This document shows, in pieces, positions 52,287 through 64,000 of a stretch of 64,000 nucleotides of DNA. This DNA is from Gracilinanus agilis (taxonomy: Eukaryota). The notes under the pieces are model-generated. The model was not told where the DNA came from. It saw only the letters and a list, made by a program, of their open reading frames with translations, and made no database searches. Where the stretch lies: the NCBI RefSeq assembly GCF_016433145.1, contig NC_058131.1, positions 462,178,899-462,242,898 on the forward strand, given 5' to 3'. A program made the translations under genes and the position numbers. Numbering within the stretch: position 1 is the stretch's first letter; every line of letters begins with the position of its first letter.

Positions 52287-53849
52287 GGTCAGGTGTGAAA
52301 AATTGTTGCATTTCCTGTCTTTTTCCTTAATAGCAAGGAAAAGCTGTAGGGAAATTGCAAGTAAGGTAGAAAACCTAGTGGTCCTGATAAGGACTTTGCC
52401 TTGAAGTACACAACCCTGTGACTTAAGAGGTGGGCATTGGTTAAGGGTTTGATTTGATACTGGAGGAATGCCAACAGCTTAATCACTTTACAGTTCTTTC
52501 TCAGAACTGGGGAGGAGGAAACAAAGGGACAAAGATACATCTGAGTCACTAGGCCAAGGTCACTAGAGCTATATAGTTAGAAACACATCTTTATTTATTT
52601 AGTGACAATTAACTACTCTTAATCTCCAGAGATATACCTAGGAATAATTCGAGTTAACTATTACTAATTTTTCTGAAAATGGGAGGGAGGGCAAGGTGCC
52701 TGAGAAAACAAAAAGCCTTTTATCCTCTTAATGGCCTGAGAGAAAAGCTGGTGACTGCCTCTTTGCCAGGCTTCTCCTTAGAATACTAAATTCACATTCC
52801 AGGACCAGCCTCAAACTCATGATAATCTAGTAGTTTTAAGTTTGAATGACTATGCCATCATTTCTTCCATTAGGGTAGAAGAGGGGGGTTCCCACAATAG
52901 GATCATCTGTATAAGGCTTGCCAACTAAATGGCTTATCACATGGGCTACAGCAAGTTAGATTCCTCTTTAAGTCTCATTTGGGAAATTCCACTGCTGTGG
53001 GCTAGGTGGTTAGAATGCTAGGCTACAAGGCGCCATTTTGTTTTTCTCTCTATTGATTACTTACTTTTAATGTACTAATTCCCTTCTTTGGCCAAGATGA
53101 TTTGTGGCAAACCACATTTTCATTCTTTCCTAATTGGGAAGTCGATATCCTTCCCAGTGTAGTTATCACCATTTGAATGGACATAATAACTTAAGACTTC
53201 TGTGTTATGAAGCAAAGTCTTTGCCTTCTATATTTTCTAGTAGTATGGGGCTAGTAATAGTACTTTTTAATCCTTTTAATGTGAGGATTAAAGGAAACAT
53301 TTGTAAAATGCTTTGTAAACCTTAAGATAATATGCAGGGTATATAAATATTAGTTACTACAATCAGTGATAATTTATCTGGAGTAAGTAAAGCTGAGGAG
53401 GTAAACACCCACCTCTGCCTTATGGATTGGGAAAATGAAGCCCAAAGATTATGCCCAGAGCTGAGAACACTCAGCTTCAAGAGCATTATCCTCCTTGAGA
53501 CATGATCCCCCTAGTTGTTTGTGCTTTTTCCAGCCTCCTCAAATAGTCATGTATCCTGTATCATACTTATCTGTTTACATGTAGTAGTATCTAGCTCTTC
53601 TCCTTTTCTACTTCCCCATGGAAGCTCCTGAAGGGCAGGAATTGTCTTTTGTCTCTGTATCCACTGAGACTAGTCATGTTTTACAAGTAGTAAGTGCTTA
53701 ATAAATGTTTGTTGGCCTAGAACCAGTCTCATCTGCCAGTCTACAACAGAGACCCATGATAAGACCCAAGTCCTAGCTTTCACTAAAACATCTACTATGG
53801 CGTATAATTCAGGAGGACATTCAATTTCTGGGCAACACGGGGTCCAAAA

Positions 53850-55853
53850 GTGTCAGGGGTAGAAGAAAGATCACTATGCCAATCTGTAAACCCCCAATTC
53901 AGACAATCCTTCAGACAAACCTGTAAAACCCCAATTCAGACAATCCTGCTTGAGTATAAGTTGATTATCCTTCTTTTGCCTCACACCCTCCCCCCCAAAC
54001 AGCTTTCTGACGACTGGCATGACTCCAGTTTCGAGCTCTCAGCTAATAAAAATGACCTCTATGTACACCCACAACCCTAACCCGCAGCAACAAATCTCCA
54101 AGCTAAGTGTCTAGAACAGCCACAGCTAGAATGGTGTGCTCTATGCCAGTTTAAAGTAGCTATTAGTTGCTTGAACAGGAAAAGGCCACTTAGAAGGCAA
54201 TGTCTGCTACTGAAACCTCAAAACCCCCTTAACTACCTAGTGTTATAAAGAAGGTATCTTTAGCCACTATTCTAGTTATTATAGGGTATCAGGGAAGCTG
54301 TGCTTTGGATTCCCTTGATAGCTGATGCAGGGACACCCGAGTCCTGTCACTCAGCTGGATGTTATAATAACTACCCCTTCTTGATAACAGCACCCAGACA
54401 GGATCCCTAAAGGTCAGTGGATGGGTAACCCTTTCAGGTCCCACCTAGGGTTGGATCGATTTTTAATATTGGGCTCTATTAGCCTTGGATAACGTTTTCA
54501 TCTGACTGCGTTGCTCCCTCCCCAAGGGTTGTGATGTAATAACCACTTCGGGAAGATATTTAATAAACTTTATCTATAGATGTTAATAAGGGAAAGGAAT
54601 AATCAGGAATGGATTGGGGATAGGAGACCCTGTCACTAATGGCTATGATCACTAATCCCACAGGACTGTAGGCTGTTTCAGTAATGCTGGAGCTCTTGTT
54701 CTTCACCTCCAAAACAAAAACCAGAGAAAGCAATCTGCTTGGTTGATACAGATATCGATGATCCCTCTCAGCTTCTTATTGCCAGTTGTTATGTCAGTCC
54801 TACAGCTGTCAGGAAATATCTCCCTTACCTCCCTCTGCTTCGGCCCGGATACCTGAATATCTAATGATGGTTCAGATGTCTAAATATCTAGGGGGAATTC
54901 AGAGAGAACCAGAGGACCCATGGTCAGATCCACAGGTCAATGCTCCAAGATCAGATCAATGTCCAAGGCCAAGGGTTCCGGGCCAAGGGGTCCAAAACCA
55001 AAGGGTCCTTGTCAGATGGCTGTCCTCTTGTCCTCATGGCATCCGGGAACATTCTGATGTCTCCAACTGTCTTCACCTGTCAATCAAGGTGAGACTCACA
55101 ACTCCCAGAGTTTGAATATGACACTAGCCAGAGTAAGACCAGCAGTAAAAACCCAAAGATTCTTTCCCATATCAATTACCTACTAACTCTCCAAGAGTCT
55201 CTCCTTCCCCCACCCTCAACTAGTATGAATTAGTGCCAGTTCCCAGGTCCAGGTCCACTCTTTGGTCTTGCCAGATAAAAACCTTCTAAAAACCCAAGAG
55301 ACTTCACTCCTTGGGAGAAAGGTACTCCATTCCCCTTAGGAGATCAGGAAGATGCATAGCCTTATCCAGGACCCTAGCAGATGTGGCCTGTTTCCATCAT
55401 TCCCCTTGACTGTTCTTCATTTTGTGAGTATCAGTAAAACTAGTTTACTTTGCAGTCTTGTTGGGAGCTCCAGGTTTCCTTGTATGAGGCTTTGGTCTGT
55501 ATTAAGGCAAGCTCTCCATACAGTGGCAGTATAGACAGTGATTAGATTATGAAAACAGTATGTCTTCTGGGGAATACCAAGGAGAGTTTGGAATTCAATA
55601 GAATTGTCAATGGAGTCTCCCAACATTCTAGTTCAGAATTCTCAGGAACAAACATCTTCCTTTAATCTTTCCCTAAGGTTTGGAGCTGATAGAATAGCTT
55701 TCCACCCCCAGTAGCACCTGAGGCTCAAATCCAAAGAACTAAGGTGCTTTGAAATCTTGTGCACATTGTTTGGGCCCATGGACACACCATGAGATGCTGC
55801 CCTTCCTCAATCTCTGTAACAATAAAGAGAACCAATAACCGATGTTTGATTGA

Positions 55854-55901
<48 letters not shown>

Positions 55902-56790
55902 TATGGTGAGTCTCTCTTCCAGATCTCCCCTGGGGCTGAATATACACTGGGAGAATTTAAGAGGGTGTCACCCTGAAACTGGGTGACCTGGATGATCATG
56001 CTGCCCCACAGGAGTTGGGGGCGGGTTTCCCTATAAGATGAGGTATGTGGTATTCTAATCCAATTCTGAATAAGGATGGGGTTCACACAAACCCCTGCAA
56101 TCAGTTAAATTCACTGCAGGTGGTCTGGCTTCAAGAGAGGCACCCAGACCAAGCTGTGGTTCCCCTCTCCCTTGTTGTATCTCAGGTACTCTGGAACACT
56201 ATCTAACTGATGAATGGCTTTTATTATTTGCAAATCAGGGAATGAGGAAAGGGGTAAAGGGCTTAGGGAATTTGGGATGCCCTCTTGGCTATTGCTATGG
56301 GGTCTGTCACTCGGGTGGGAACCCCAGTGGTTCCCACACCTAAGCTCCTCTCCTCGCTCCTTCTTCTTCTGTTTCTCTATTTCTGTCCTTTCCTATAATT
56401 GTAAGGTTTGACTGAAAAAGGGTCTCTCTGCAAGGTTGGGAATAGGTGAAGGAGACTAAGAGAATTGCTCCCAAAATGGAATCCAAACTTAGCTGACTCG
56501 ATAGTTGAAGTCTTAATGGGGGAGATGTGATGGAAGGGCTTTGATCAGGGAATCAGGGTTTCAATTTCCAAAAGAAGATCCTTAGGAAGCCCTCAGGTTT
56601 GGATCCAAGCTGGGATGTCCTCCTCCTCTCTCCTCCCAGTCCTTCCGCCAGAAGACTTCTCCTCTCCTCTCTTCCTCTGGAAAATCTCCCAGAATTCTCC
56701 TTGTCTCAACTGTCAACAACTGTCAGCAACTCCTTCTCTGGCTCCTTTTGTCCCATCCCCCTAGCACAAATCCCATCCTTACATCTCTAA
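53850..56790. mobile_element. Mosaic of ERV/LTR-derived sequence downstream of GPX2
   Basis: Several TG-initiated LTR-like blocks (about 53850, 54530, 56526), a 27-bp internal duplication (53884-53910/53921-53947), AATAAA at 54045-54050 and a PPT-like aatgggggaga before TGTGA at 56526. No intact gag/pol ORF. Confidence 0.45.
55857..55892. repeat. (GA)n microsatellite
   Basis: Directly visible. Confidence 0.95.
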
Positions 56791-57932
56791 TTATGAATGA
56801 GCACTCTGACTTATTCAGTAGTGCAGAGAATGCTGTGGTGTGAGCATGCTTCCAAAGGGTTAGAGAGTAACAATTGTTTCCTCCATTTTTGCCTTTCTCT
56901 GGGCATTTTACCCACTAACCAACCACAAAGTAACAATGGAAAACCTGCCTTTAGCTTTCCTCAGCAAAAGGCTGCATAACCATACCTGAATTCTTAGCTT
57001 CCACTTCTGATGAGTCTACCCACCTGAAAATTTTTTATGCTCAGGGACCTAAATTATATCACATGAACTGGGAAAGCATCAGTCTGTTCTTGGGTGGAAA
57101 AACCCCCCACTAAAATCTTTTTTGGACATCTCAAATAGGTAAAAAAGATTAAATGATGGAAGACTACATAGCACAGTAGAGAGCTAGATTTGAGAGTTGA
57201 AAAGACCTAGGTCTAAATATTGCATCTGAGACTAATTAACTGACTCAATTTCTTAGCCCTTCAGTTTCTTTATCAGTTGAGAGGTTAATAGAACTTTTCC
57301 TCATTGGGTTGTTTTTAGATTCAAATGAGGTAATATACTTAAAGTGATTTGCAAATTTACATATAATGGTTAGCTATATAGAATAGATTTTCACCTCAAA
57401 TCAATACTGTCTAAACCATGATTCTGGGGAATAGTGCCACTTTCTCAATTACTTTGCTCCCCAAACTCTTTTTCTGAGCTTGATCCAGTTGAGGTAGATA
57501 GAGGTGAATTTGGTCCTTCTGACCAGTTTATAAGTCTGTCTGTATAATTACTGTTTCATTTCGTAAAACACCCTAAGAAATCTAAGCATACTAAATTGGA
57601 GAATGAAAGCTCTAGTATCTCTCCCTACTCCTTTTTGGAAAACTCTGGCTACTTCTGGGTCTACAGTATCTTTTACTCTATTCTTAATCCCACCAGAGTA
57701 GCTTCTCAATATGAATTCCTTCCTTTCTCCCATTCCCAACTTTCTTTTCTCGAAGAACCAAGTCTTAGGATAATTGTTCTTAACATCAATAGGTAGTTTA
57801 CTTAGCTTCACCTGAAACCATATCAGGCCAAGACCAAGGGTCTCATTCTTAATGAAAGGAAATTTAGAAGATTAAATCTGATCTGTTTTTTTTTTTTATC
57901 TCAGTAGTGCTTAGCATAGTGTTAGACCTACC

Positions 57933-57967
57933 AACAGAGCCAGTATCACTAACAGAGCCAGTATCAC
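57933..57967. repeat. 18-bp tandem duplication AACAGAGCCAGTATCAC(T) x2
   Basis: Directly visible. Confidence 0.9.
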
Positions 57968-58695
57968 CTGATGTTGGCATTATGCCCCAGGCAATTTAGT
58001 TCTTGGACTGCTAGTACAATGTGGAGGGCCTTTTCCATCAGGTTCAGGCTGAATGAATTATTTGGGGTTTCTCATAAGCATAAATTATAGCTATAGTGGT
58101 CTTTGTTGAGAGTAAGGAAAGTGCCTTGTACTTGGGGAGGGGAACTATCCTGGGTAGGAAATTGCTACTTGCCTTGAATAGTGACAAAAGTAAATGTTTT
58201 ATGAGAATTTTTAACTTTATTAGACTTCTAATGGGTCCACTGCTAAAGTCCTACCTTTATTTTTTATCTAGTTCACTTCCTTTCTAACCTTAGAAATAGT
58301 AACTAATGGATATAAACAAAGCAAACCCTAACATAACCAGATTTCCCAGAAATCAGGGTTTAGATAGTATTGATTTAGGGAGGTTTCTTAGATAAACAAA
58401 ATCTTTGAGCCAAATCTACTTAAGGTAAAAGGAAGTAAGGAAGTTTATTCACAGTGTGATTTGTCATCAACAAATTCCTGCAGGTGTGGTCCATCAATGT
58501 TCAACTTAGGGAGGTCACAGAGATATCAACTTTTTTATAGGCTCCTATTAAAAAACAAACAAAAAAAAAAACCCAAACCATGGTTGAGCCATGTAGTCCA
58601 AGAATCTGGTTTCAAACCCTGTCTTAGATGCTTACTACCTGTGAAACCCTGGGCAAGTCCTTTAACCTTCCTGATTTTGTCTCCCAACTCTAGAT

Positions 58696-58889
58696 CAGTG
58701 ATTCCCAAAGTGGGTGCCACTACCCCCTGTTGGGTGCTGCAGCAATCCAGGAGAGCGGTGATGGCCACACTTTTTTTTGTATTACATTCTATTCTGAGTT
58801 CAATAAATAGTTTCATAATTTCCAGGGGATGCTAAGTAATATTTTTTCTGGAAAGGGGGTGGTAGGCCAAAAAAGTTTGGGAACCACTG
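58696..58889. mobile_element. hAT/Charlie-type MITE (194 bp)
   Basis: TIRs CAGTGATTCCCAAAGT / AGTTTGGGAACCACTG and an 8-bp TSD CTCTAGAT/CTCTAAAT, matching the NTCTAGAN target preference. Confidence 0.85.
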
Positions 58890-60090
58890 CTCTAAATCTA
58901 TAATCCCATCATGATAACTTAGGGGTAAGGGAAAATAGAGGATCATGGATCCTTGAGGGAAATAGACTGTGCTGACATGATTTTAGAGAAGACAAGGGTA
59001 GACATTTTAGAGAAGACACTTTACTTAGTGCTTTGAGAGGAGAGGGATGTGGACTGAAATGAACCACTTCCTGTTCCTATAACCCTGGCTCAATAGAAAG
59101 AAAATGTTGGTCTTAAAAGTCAGAAAGACCTTGGTTCAGATCTGCCTCTGGCATCTACTAGTTGCACGATCTTGTGAAAATCACTTAATCTCTATAAGAC
59201 TCAGTTACATAATTTATTTTATTGGGAAAATAATATCTATAGTACTCATGTCACAAGGTTATTGTGAGGCTCACATGAAATAATATGTACAAAGCATTTC
59301 ATAAAGTACAAAGTGTTTTATAAAGGTTTATTATTATCATTATTATTGTTAAACCCCAAACAGCTTTTTAAAAAATGTTTTATTGATGCCTTTTGCCTTA
59401 AGTCATTTTGGAGGGAAAAAATCCTTCCCTTCCTGTCCAAGAGTGACTCCTCCTTTGTAAACAAGGAAAAAAAGTTAATCAAAAAACACTCTGCCCAACT
59501 TTGACAGTGTATTCTGCTCTAACTCTTAATTCCAGTAACTTCTCTGTTAATTATTTGTTTGCATAGATATTTTCCTGAAGACTGTTCCCAGAATCCCAGG
59601 GCTCTGTGTGGTGTATGTTTGACTCTGTGTGGGGTCATTTGAACTCTGTCTCCCTTGTCCTGATTAAAGACTTGTTCTTTGTACTTATTTTAGTGGTTCT
59701 GTGTTTTTCCAGGTTGACAGCATGTTGTCTCCCACATTAGATAGTAAGCTCTTTTAGGGCAGGAACTGGCTTTCTTCTTTTTGTATCTCCAATGCTTAGG
59801 ACAGTTCTTGGTTAGTAAGTGCTTAAAAATGTTTATTGATTTAAGTCTTTCTCTTCTCTATCATAAAAACCATAGGATCATAGATGTAGAGCTGAAATAT
59901 ACCTCAGAGGTCATTCGGCCTAATTCTCTAATTTTATAAGTGAGGAAATTGAGGCACACAGTGGTTAAGTGACTTGCCAAGGTAAATAATGTACTAAGTA
60001 GCAGAGGTGAAATTTGAACCCAAGTCCTCTGACTCTAGAGTAAGTGTTCTTCATTTTCTGCTCTCTAGGACTTAGTTAACTTGGAGTTCA

Positions 60091-60133
60091 ATTCATTCAT
60101 TCATTCATTCATTCATTCATTCATTCATTCATT
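60091..60133. repeat. (ATTC)n microsatellite
   Basis: About 11 perfect units, probably derived from a SINE tail. Confidence 0.95.
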
Positions 60134-60520
60134 TTAAACCCTTAACTTCTGTGTATTGGCTCCTTGGTGGAAGAGTCCTAAGGGTGGGCAATGGGGGTCA
60201 AGTGACTTGCCCAGGGTCACACTGCTGGGAAGTGTCTGAGGCCGGATTTGAACCTAGGACCTCCTGTCTCTAGGCCTGACTCTCAATCCACTGAGCTACC
60301 CAGCCTGTCCCAGTTCAATTTATTTTTTTTATTATTTTTTTTTTAACCCTTGTACTTCGGTGTATTGTCTCATAGGTGGAAGATTGGTAAGGGTGGGCAA
60401 TGGGGGTCAAGTGACTTGCCCAGGGTCACACAGCTGGGAAGTGGCTGAGGCCGGGTTTGAACCTAGGACCTCCTGTCTCTAGGCCTGACTCTCACTCCAC
60501 TGAGCTACCCAGCTGCCCCA
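60132..60520 (-). mobile_element. Two young SINE1_Mdo-type elements in head-to-tail tandem
   Basis: Two full-length reverse-strand copies (about 60132-60310 and about 60340-60519), with AGTTCAATT at 60085, 60312 and 60520. Confidence 0.85.
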
Positions 60521-60968
60521 GTTCAATTTATTTTTAGTGATACTTTCATTTACATTGTTGTAGTCATTATACATATACTGACCTTTTTGATCCTAATTAT
60601 TTAACTTTGCATTCATTCATACAATTCCCATTTTAAGAAAAAAATTATAGAACTTTTATCTCAGATCTCCATTTACAAATAATCTCATCATTCTGAGAAA
60701 CAAAGAATAAATGATTTATCTTAATTCACAAAGTAAGATTGAGAATGGGAGTGAAACTGAAGCCCTAAATGTATATTCTACTTTATAGCTACATAAAACT
60801 TGCATGATAAAGTACATTTGAACCTCCAAGGCTAGAAATTTGCTACTTTCCCACTTTCCTTTCATTCTTAAGTCCCATAAAGCAAGACAAAACCCAGAGA
60901 TTTTTAGCTCAATTATCCCTCACCTTGGTGGAAGACAAAGCAAACTACAGAATATTGAGAGCTGGGAA

Positions 60969-61411
60969 TGTGAGACATGAGAGATTAACAAGATGGCAGA
61001 CTCCTCTCATGGGTCCCCTGCACTGGAGTAGAAATGGGAGGCGATAGGTCCGCATCCCATCAGGAGGACCCGAGGAAGAACACAATGATAGGTTATTCCT
61101 TTAAGAAGCTAACAGGTGAAGTTGATTGGTTTAAACTCATATGGATAATTAGGATAATGAGGCATTCCAATTAGCTGGCTATAGGTTGTAACTCTAGTAA
61201 CTGACCAATGGTGAACAAGGGGAGGGAGGGATTCGTGTTGGGGACTAAGATAGAAGAAACCTGCATGCTCCCATACTTAGACTTGTTTGTGGGCTGTAAC
61301 ACTGCTAACGCTGGCTTGAAGAACACCCATTCTTGGGAGGATGAAATTAAATAGCCTTTGCCACATTAATGCTGAGTTCAAGGCTCTTTTGAGCAGATGG
61401 TCTTCCTCTCA
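60969..61411 (+). mobile_element. Solo LTR (about 440 bp) inserted in a MIR-like remnant
   Basis: TGTGA...CTCA termini, CCAAT boxes (61125-61129 reverse, 61205-61209) and ATTAAA at 61346-61351. The TSD is degenerate. Confidence 0.6.
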
Positions 61412-61595
61412 GAAGGAATTTTAGAAGTCATCTAATGTAATCTTTTCATTTTAGAGAAGCTGAGGCTCAGAAGATAAGGGACTTGTCCAAGGCCACACAA
61501 TTTCTAAATGGTAGAGCTAAGACAAGAATTCAAGTCTCTGGATTTTGACTCCAATGCTATTTTCTTTATAACAAGATTCTATTAAAAAGGCTTGG

Positions 61596-62439
61596 GACCG
61601 CCGTTGCCTCCCTTCCTGCCATGGGCCGCTTCCGCTGGGGCTGACCCTTGCCTGGACCTGACAGGTACCTGGGGTCTCTGCTGCCTGGCTCCCTAGGGGG
61701 CTTCCGGGCCCCCGAGGAAGTGTCGGCTGGGAGCTCCGGCGCCTGGCTCTGCTTTTGCCCCGGTGGCGGACTCCAGGGAGCCCGGGGCCCAGCAGAGCTG
61801 GGCTGGCCAAGCTTGAGGACCCCTCAAAAGGATGCCCATCCTGAAATAGCTGGGCCCAACTGGGCCCAAGAAGAGCTTGGACCGAGATGCCATCTCCGCC
61901 CCTTTGGGCGACTTTCGGCACACCATGCACATGGGCGGGGGAGGTGGGGCGATGCCTTCGGGGACACGTCCTTCCTGAGCCCCCACGGCTGTGTGTGTGT
62001 GTGGGGGCCGGGCCCGTTCCCCGGCCTCTCCCCAGCGCCTTCTGCCGCTCCATCCCCCACACCCCCCAGCCCCCGAGGCCCTCAGACAGCTAGCCTGAGA
62101 CCCACCGGCCCGACACCCCCTTCCTGTCCTTCCATCTGGACCTGGGGCTCTCCCTTCTGAACAAGGTGCTGGGGGTGATGGATCCGGGCCCAGGCCTCAG
62201 CCGCTCTGGCGCTGAGGGCGCCCAGAAGCGCCTGCCTTTGGCTCAGTGGAGGACCTGGACGAAGTGATCAGGCTGTAGCGGCCCCAGAAGAGAACTGTGG
62301 CCCTGCCTTGTACCTTGTTGCCCAAGTTTTTCTACGATGCCCCTGAATAGCGCCCTTCTCCCGCCCCACACCCCACCCAGCCTGCCCCCATTTATATATA
62401 TATGTATATATATAAATAGCAACCCCTCCTCCCCCCCAA
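61596..62439 (+). pseudogene. CDC42EP5: CDC42EP5 (BORG3) processed pseudogene with 5' UTR, decayed CDS (61832-62278) and short A-tail
   Basis: Reads MPILK*LGPTGPKKSLDRDAISAPLGDFRHTMHMG / GDAFGDTSFLS (CRIB domain) / SFHLDLGLSLLNKVLGVMD (BH3) / EDLDEVIRL*. It has a premature TAG at 61847-61849 and at least 3 frameshifts. It is a GC/CpG-rich island in AT-rich DNA, flanked by the direct repeat AAAAAGGCTTGG (61584-61595 and 62440-62451) at a TT/AAAA L1-endonuclease site. Confidence 0.9.
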
Positions 62440-62451
62440 AAAAAGGCTTGG

Positions 62452-63010
62452 TTCAAGTGGCTCAATGGATAGGGGAGACAGGTCTAGAGATGGGAGATCC
62501 TGGGTTCAAATATGGCCTCAAATATGGACTCAGACAGGTCCTAGTTGTGTGACCCTGGGTAAGTCACTTGATCCAAACTGTCTTGCCCTTTCCATTCTTC
62601 TGTCTTGGAACCAATACTTAGTATTGTGTTGTTTAAAATTATTCTAAGCCCTGCTACAACCTCCCCTACATCTCCCACTTCCTTTGTGGGAGGTGTCAGA
62701 GAAAGTATAAAAGAGTTTTGGTGCCTTTGGGGACTCTCCAGACCCGGGAAGCTCTCCATCCTGGAGAGAGAAGTACCTACCGGAGGATACCCTCTTTCCC
62801 TACCTAACTTTTCCCTTTCCAAATCTAAACAAAACCTAGTTATTCTAACAATAAGTGCTACCTGATCTTTATTGAGCTCCAAGAACTCAGGTTTCCCCTC
62901 CTGGGCTTGGGGGCTACCCTGGCTTCCCTACCTTCCTTTCCCTTCCTTCTCCTATCACCCACCTCACAGTATTGATTCTAAGACAGAGGGAAAGGCTTTT
63001 TTAAAAAAAA
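62452..63010 (+). mobile_element. SINE1_Mdo-type SINE carrying the 62627-62968 LTR
   Basis: Head, core and tail are recognisable. It is flanked by AAAAAAAGGCTTGGTTCAA (62438-62456) and AAAAAAAAGTCTTGGTTCAA (about 63003-63022). Confidence 0.8.
62627..62968. mobile_element. Solo LTR (342 bp) with 6-bp TSD, inserted in a SINE
   Basis: TG...CA termini, a perfect TSD GTATTG (62621-62626, 62969-62974) and TATAAAA at 62706-62712. It splits the SINE tail cttagtattg|attctaagacag. Confidence 0.85.
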
Positions 63011-64000
63011 GTCTTGGTTCAATAGGTTTTCTTTCTAACAAACCCACCACATAAAATAATGTTGAATTAATGTGTTAAACACAGATACCTATTCTCTTGA
63101 TAAAAATGCATTTTGTATAATTCTAGAAGCATACAAAAGGGAGAATGAAATACTGTAGCACGACTGACCTAATGATGGAGAAATATAAAAAGGGGCTCAT
63201 GCTTCAATTTTAAAAATACATATAATGCAGAACAAAAAAATGCATTATAAGGACAAAGCTGAAGTACCGAACAGCTGGAAGTGAAGAACATCTTCCCCCT
63301 AAAATCTGAATGACTAATGTGGGTACATTGGAAAATTCTAAACATCCAGGATCTAGCAATTTTTTTTAATGCCTTGCTGGGTTTTTAATGGAGAACTTTT
63401 TTTACTACCAAGGATGAATGTTACCAAGTGGCTGTAATACTGAGGTCAGATATAAGTATGCAGCAAACTGCAAGAATATAACAACAGCTGGTTACTATCT
63501 AGTTACAGGATTCCCATGAGTGATATCACTAATAATTGAAACCTCTTCCCAAACTCACCAGAGATTTAAACTTCATGCTTATAAAGAGGATGGTTGAAAG
63601 GGAGTTAAACTATTCATGGCAAAATTCGAAGTTTTTTTAAAAGAGCACAAGAGATCATACAATCACAGATTTAGAAAGGATTTCATTTTACAGATGAGGG
63701 AAGCAGGACCGAGTGATGGATTAACTTGCCCATGGTCATACAGCAAGCAAAGTAACAACTAGATTCAGACCCAAGATCCTTGAATTCGAACCCATGATCT
63801 GGACACCAAGTTGCTTTTATAGTTTTCAAAGTATTGATATATTTATAATTTCACAATAATTTTCATAATCCTGTAACATTGGTAGAACAAGAGATATAAT
63901 TTGTTTTACAGATAAAAAAACTTGGATCCAGAGAAATGACTCAAGTTCCCAAAGAACAAATGTATAGGCCTAGAACACATCTTCTGATTTGTAGACCAGC

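Noticed and set aside
53031-53039. CGCCATTTT YY1-type motif downstream of GPX2
   Set aside because: An isolated motif with no CpG island or other promoter evidence.
57933-57967. Short direct repeats (also 23665-23702 and 53884-53947) as possible CRISPR-like arrays
   Set aside because: Only two units each, with no spacer series, in a mammalian context. They are simple slippage duplications.
61517-62160. Long GC-rich ORFs (181 aa minus, 170 aa plus, and others)
   Set aside because: They result from stop-codon scarcity in the GC-rich CDC42EP5 retrocopy. The 170-aa ORF contains only the second half of the CRIB motif because of a frameshift.
63020-64000. Expected syntenic neighbour CHURC1 on the minus strand
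   Set aside because: No CHURC1 coding exon (e.g. [25 protein letters not shown], from recall) was recognisable. The AT-rich stretch could be its 3' UTR, but this cannot be supported from the sequence.

Overview
This is eukaryotic genomic DNA from a marsupial. The dense tRNA/CORE-derived SINEs look like Monodelphis SINE1_Mdo and MAR1 types, so gray short-tailed opossum or a close relative is likely; that species call is inference. Two protein-coding genes lie in tandem on the + strand. RAB15 coding exons 2-7 span 21625-30345, with exon 1 not found in the window and a probable polyA signal at 33877. GPX2 is a complete two-exon selenoprotein gene (CDS 49279-51972, 190 aa) with an in-frame UGA/Sec at codon 40, a SECIS element at 52186-52258 and an Nrf2-type ARE in its promoter. 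There are two processed pseudogenes: an RPL3 fragment (about 47056-47500) and a CDC42EP5 retrocopy with a target-site duplication (TSD) at 61596-62439. The rest is mostly transposable elements: SINEs, L1, L2/MIR, CR1/L3, RTE, hAT MITEs and several solo LTRs, often nested. There is one assembly gap (11697-11835). The most unusual structure is a 153-bp near-perfect foldback element with TGT...ACA ends, 63-bp arms and a 4-bp TSD, inserted into a SINE at 7095-7247. Other oddities are a locally templated 148-bp insertion and two target sites hit repeatedly by retrotransposition. Nearly all ORFs in the supplied track are spurious. Repeat family names and orthologue comparisons come from recall and by-eye alignment, not database searches, and repeat boundaries without a TSD are approximate.
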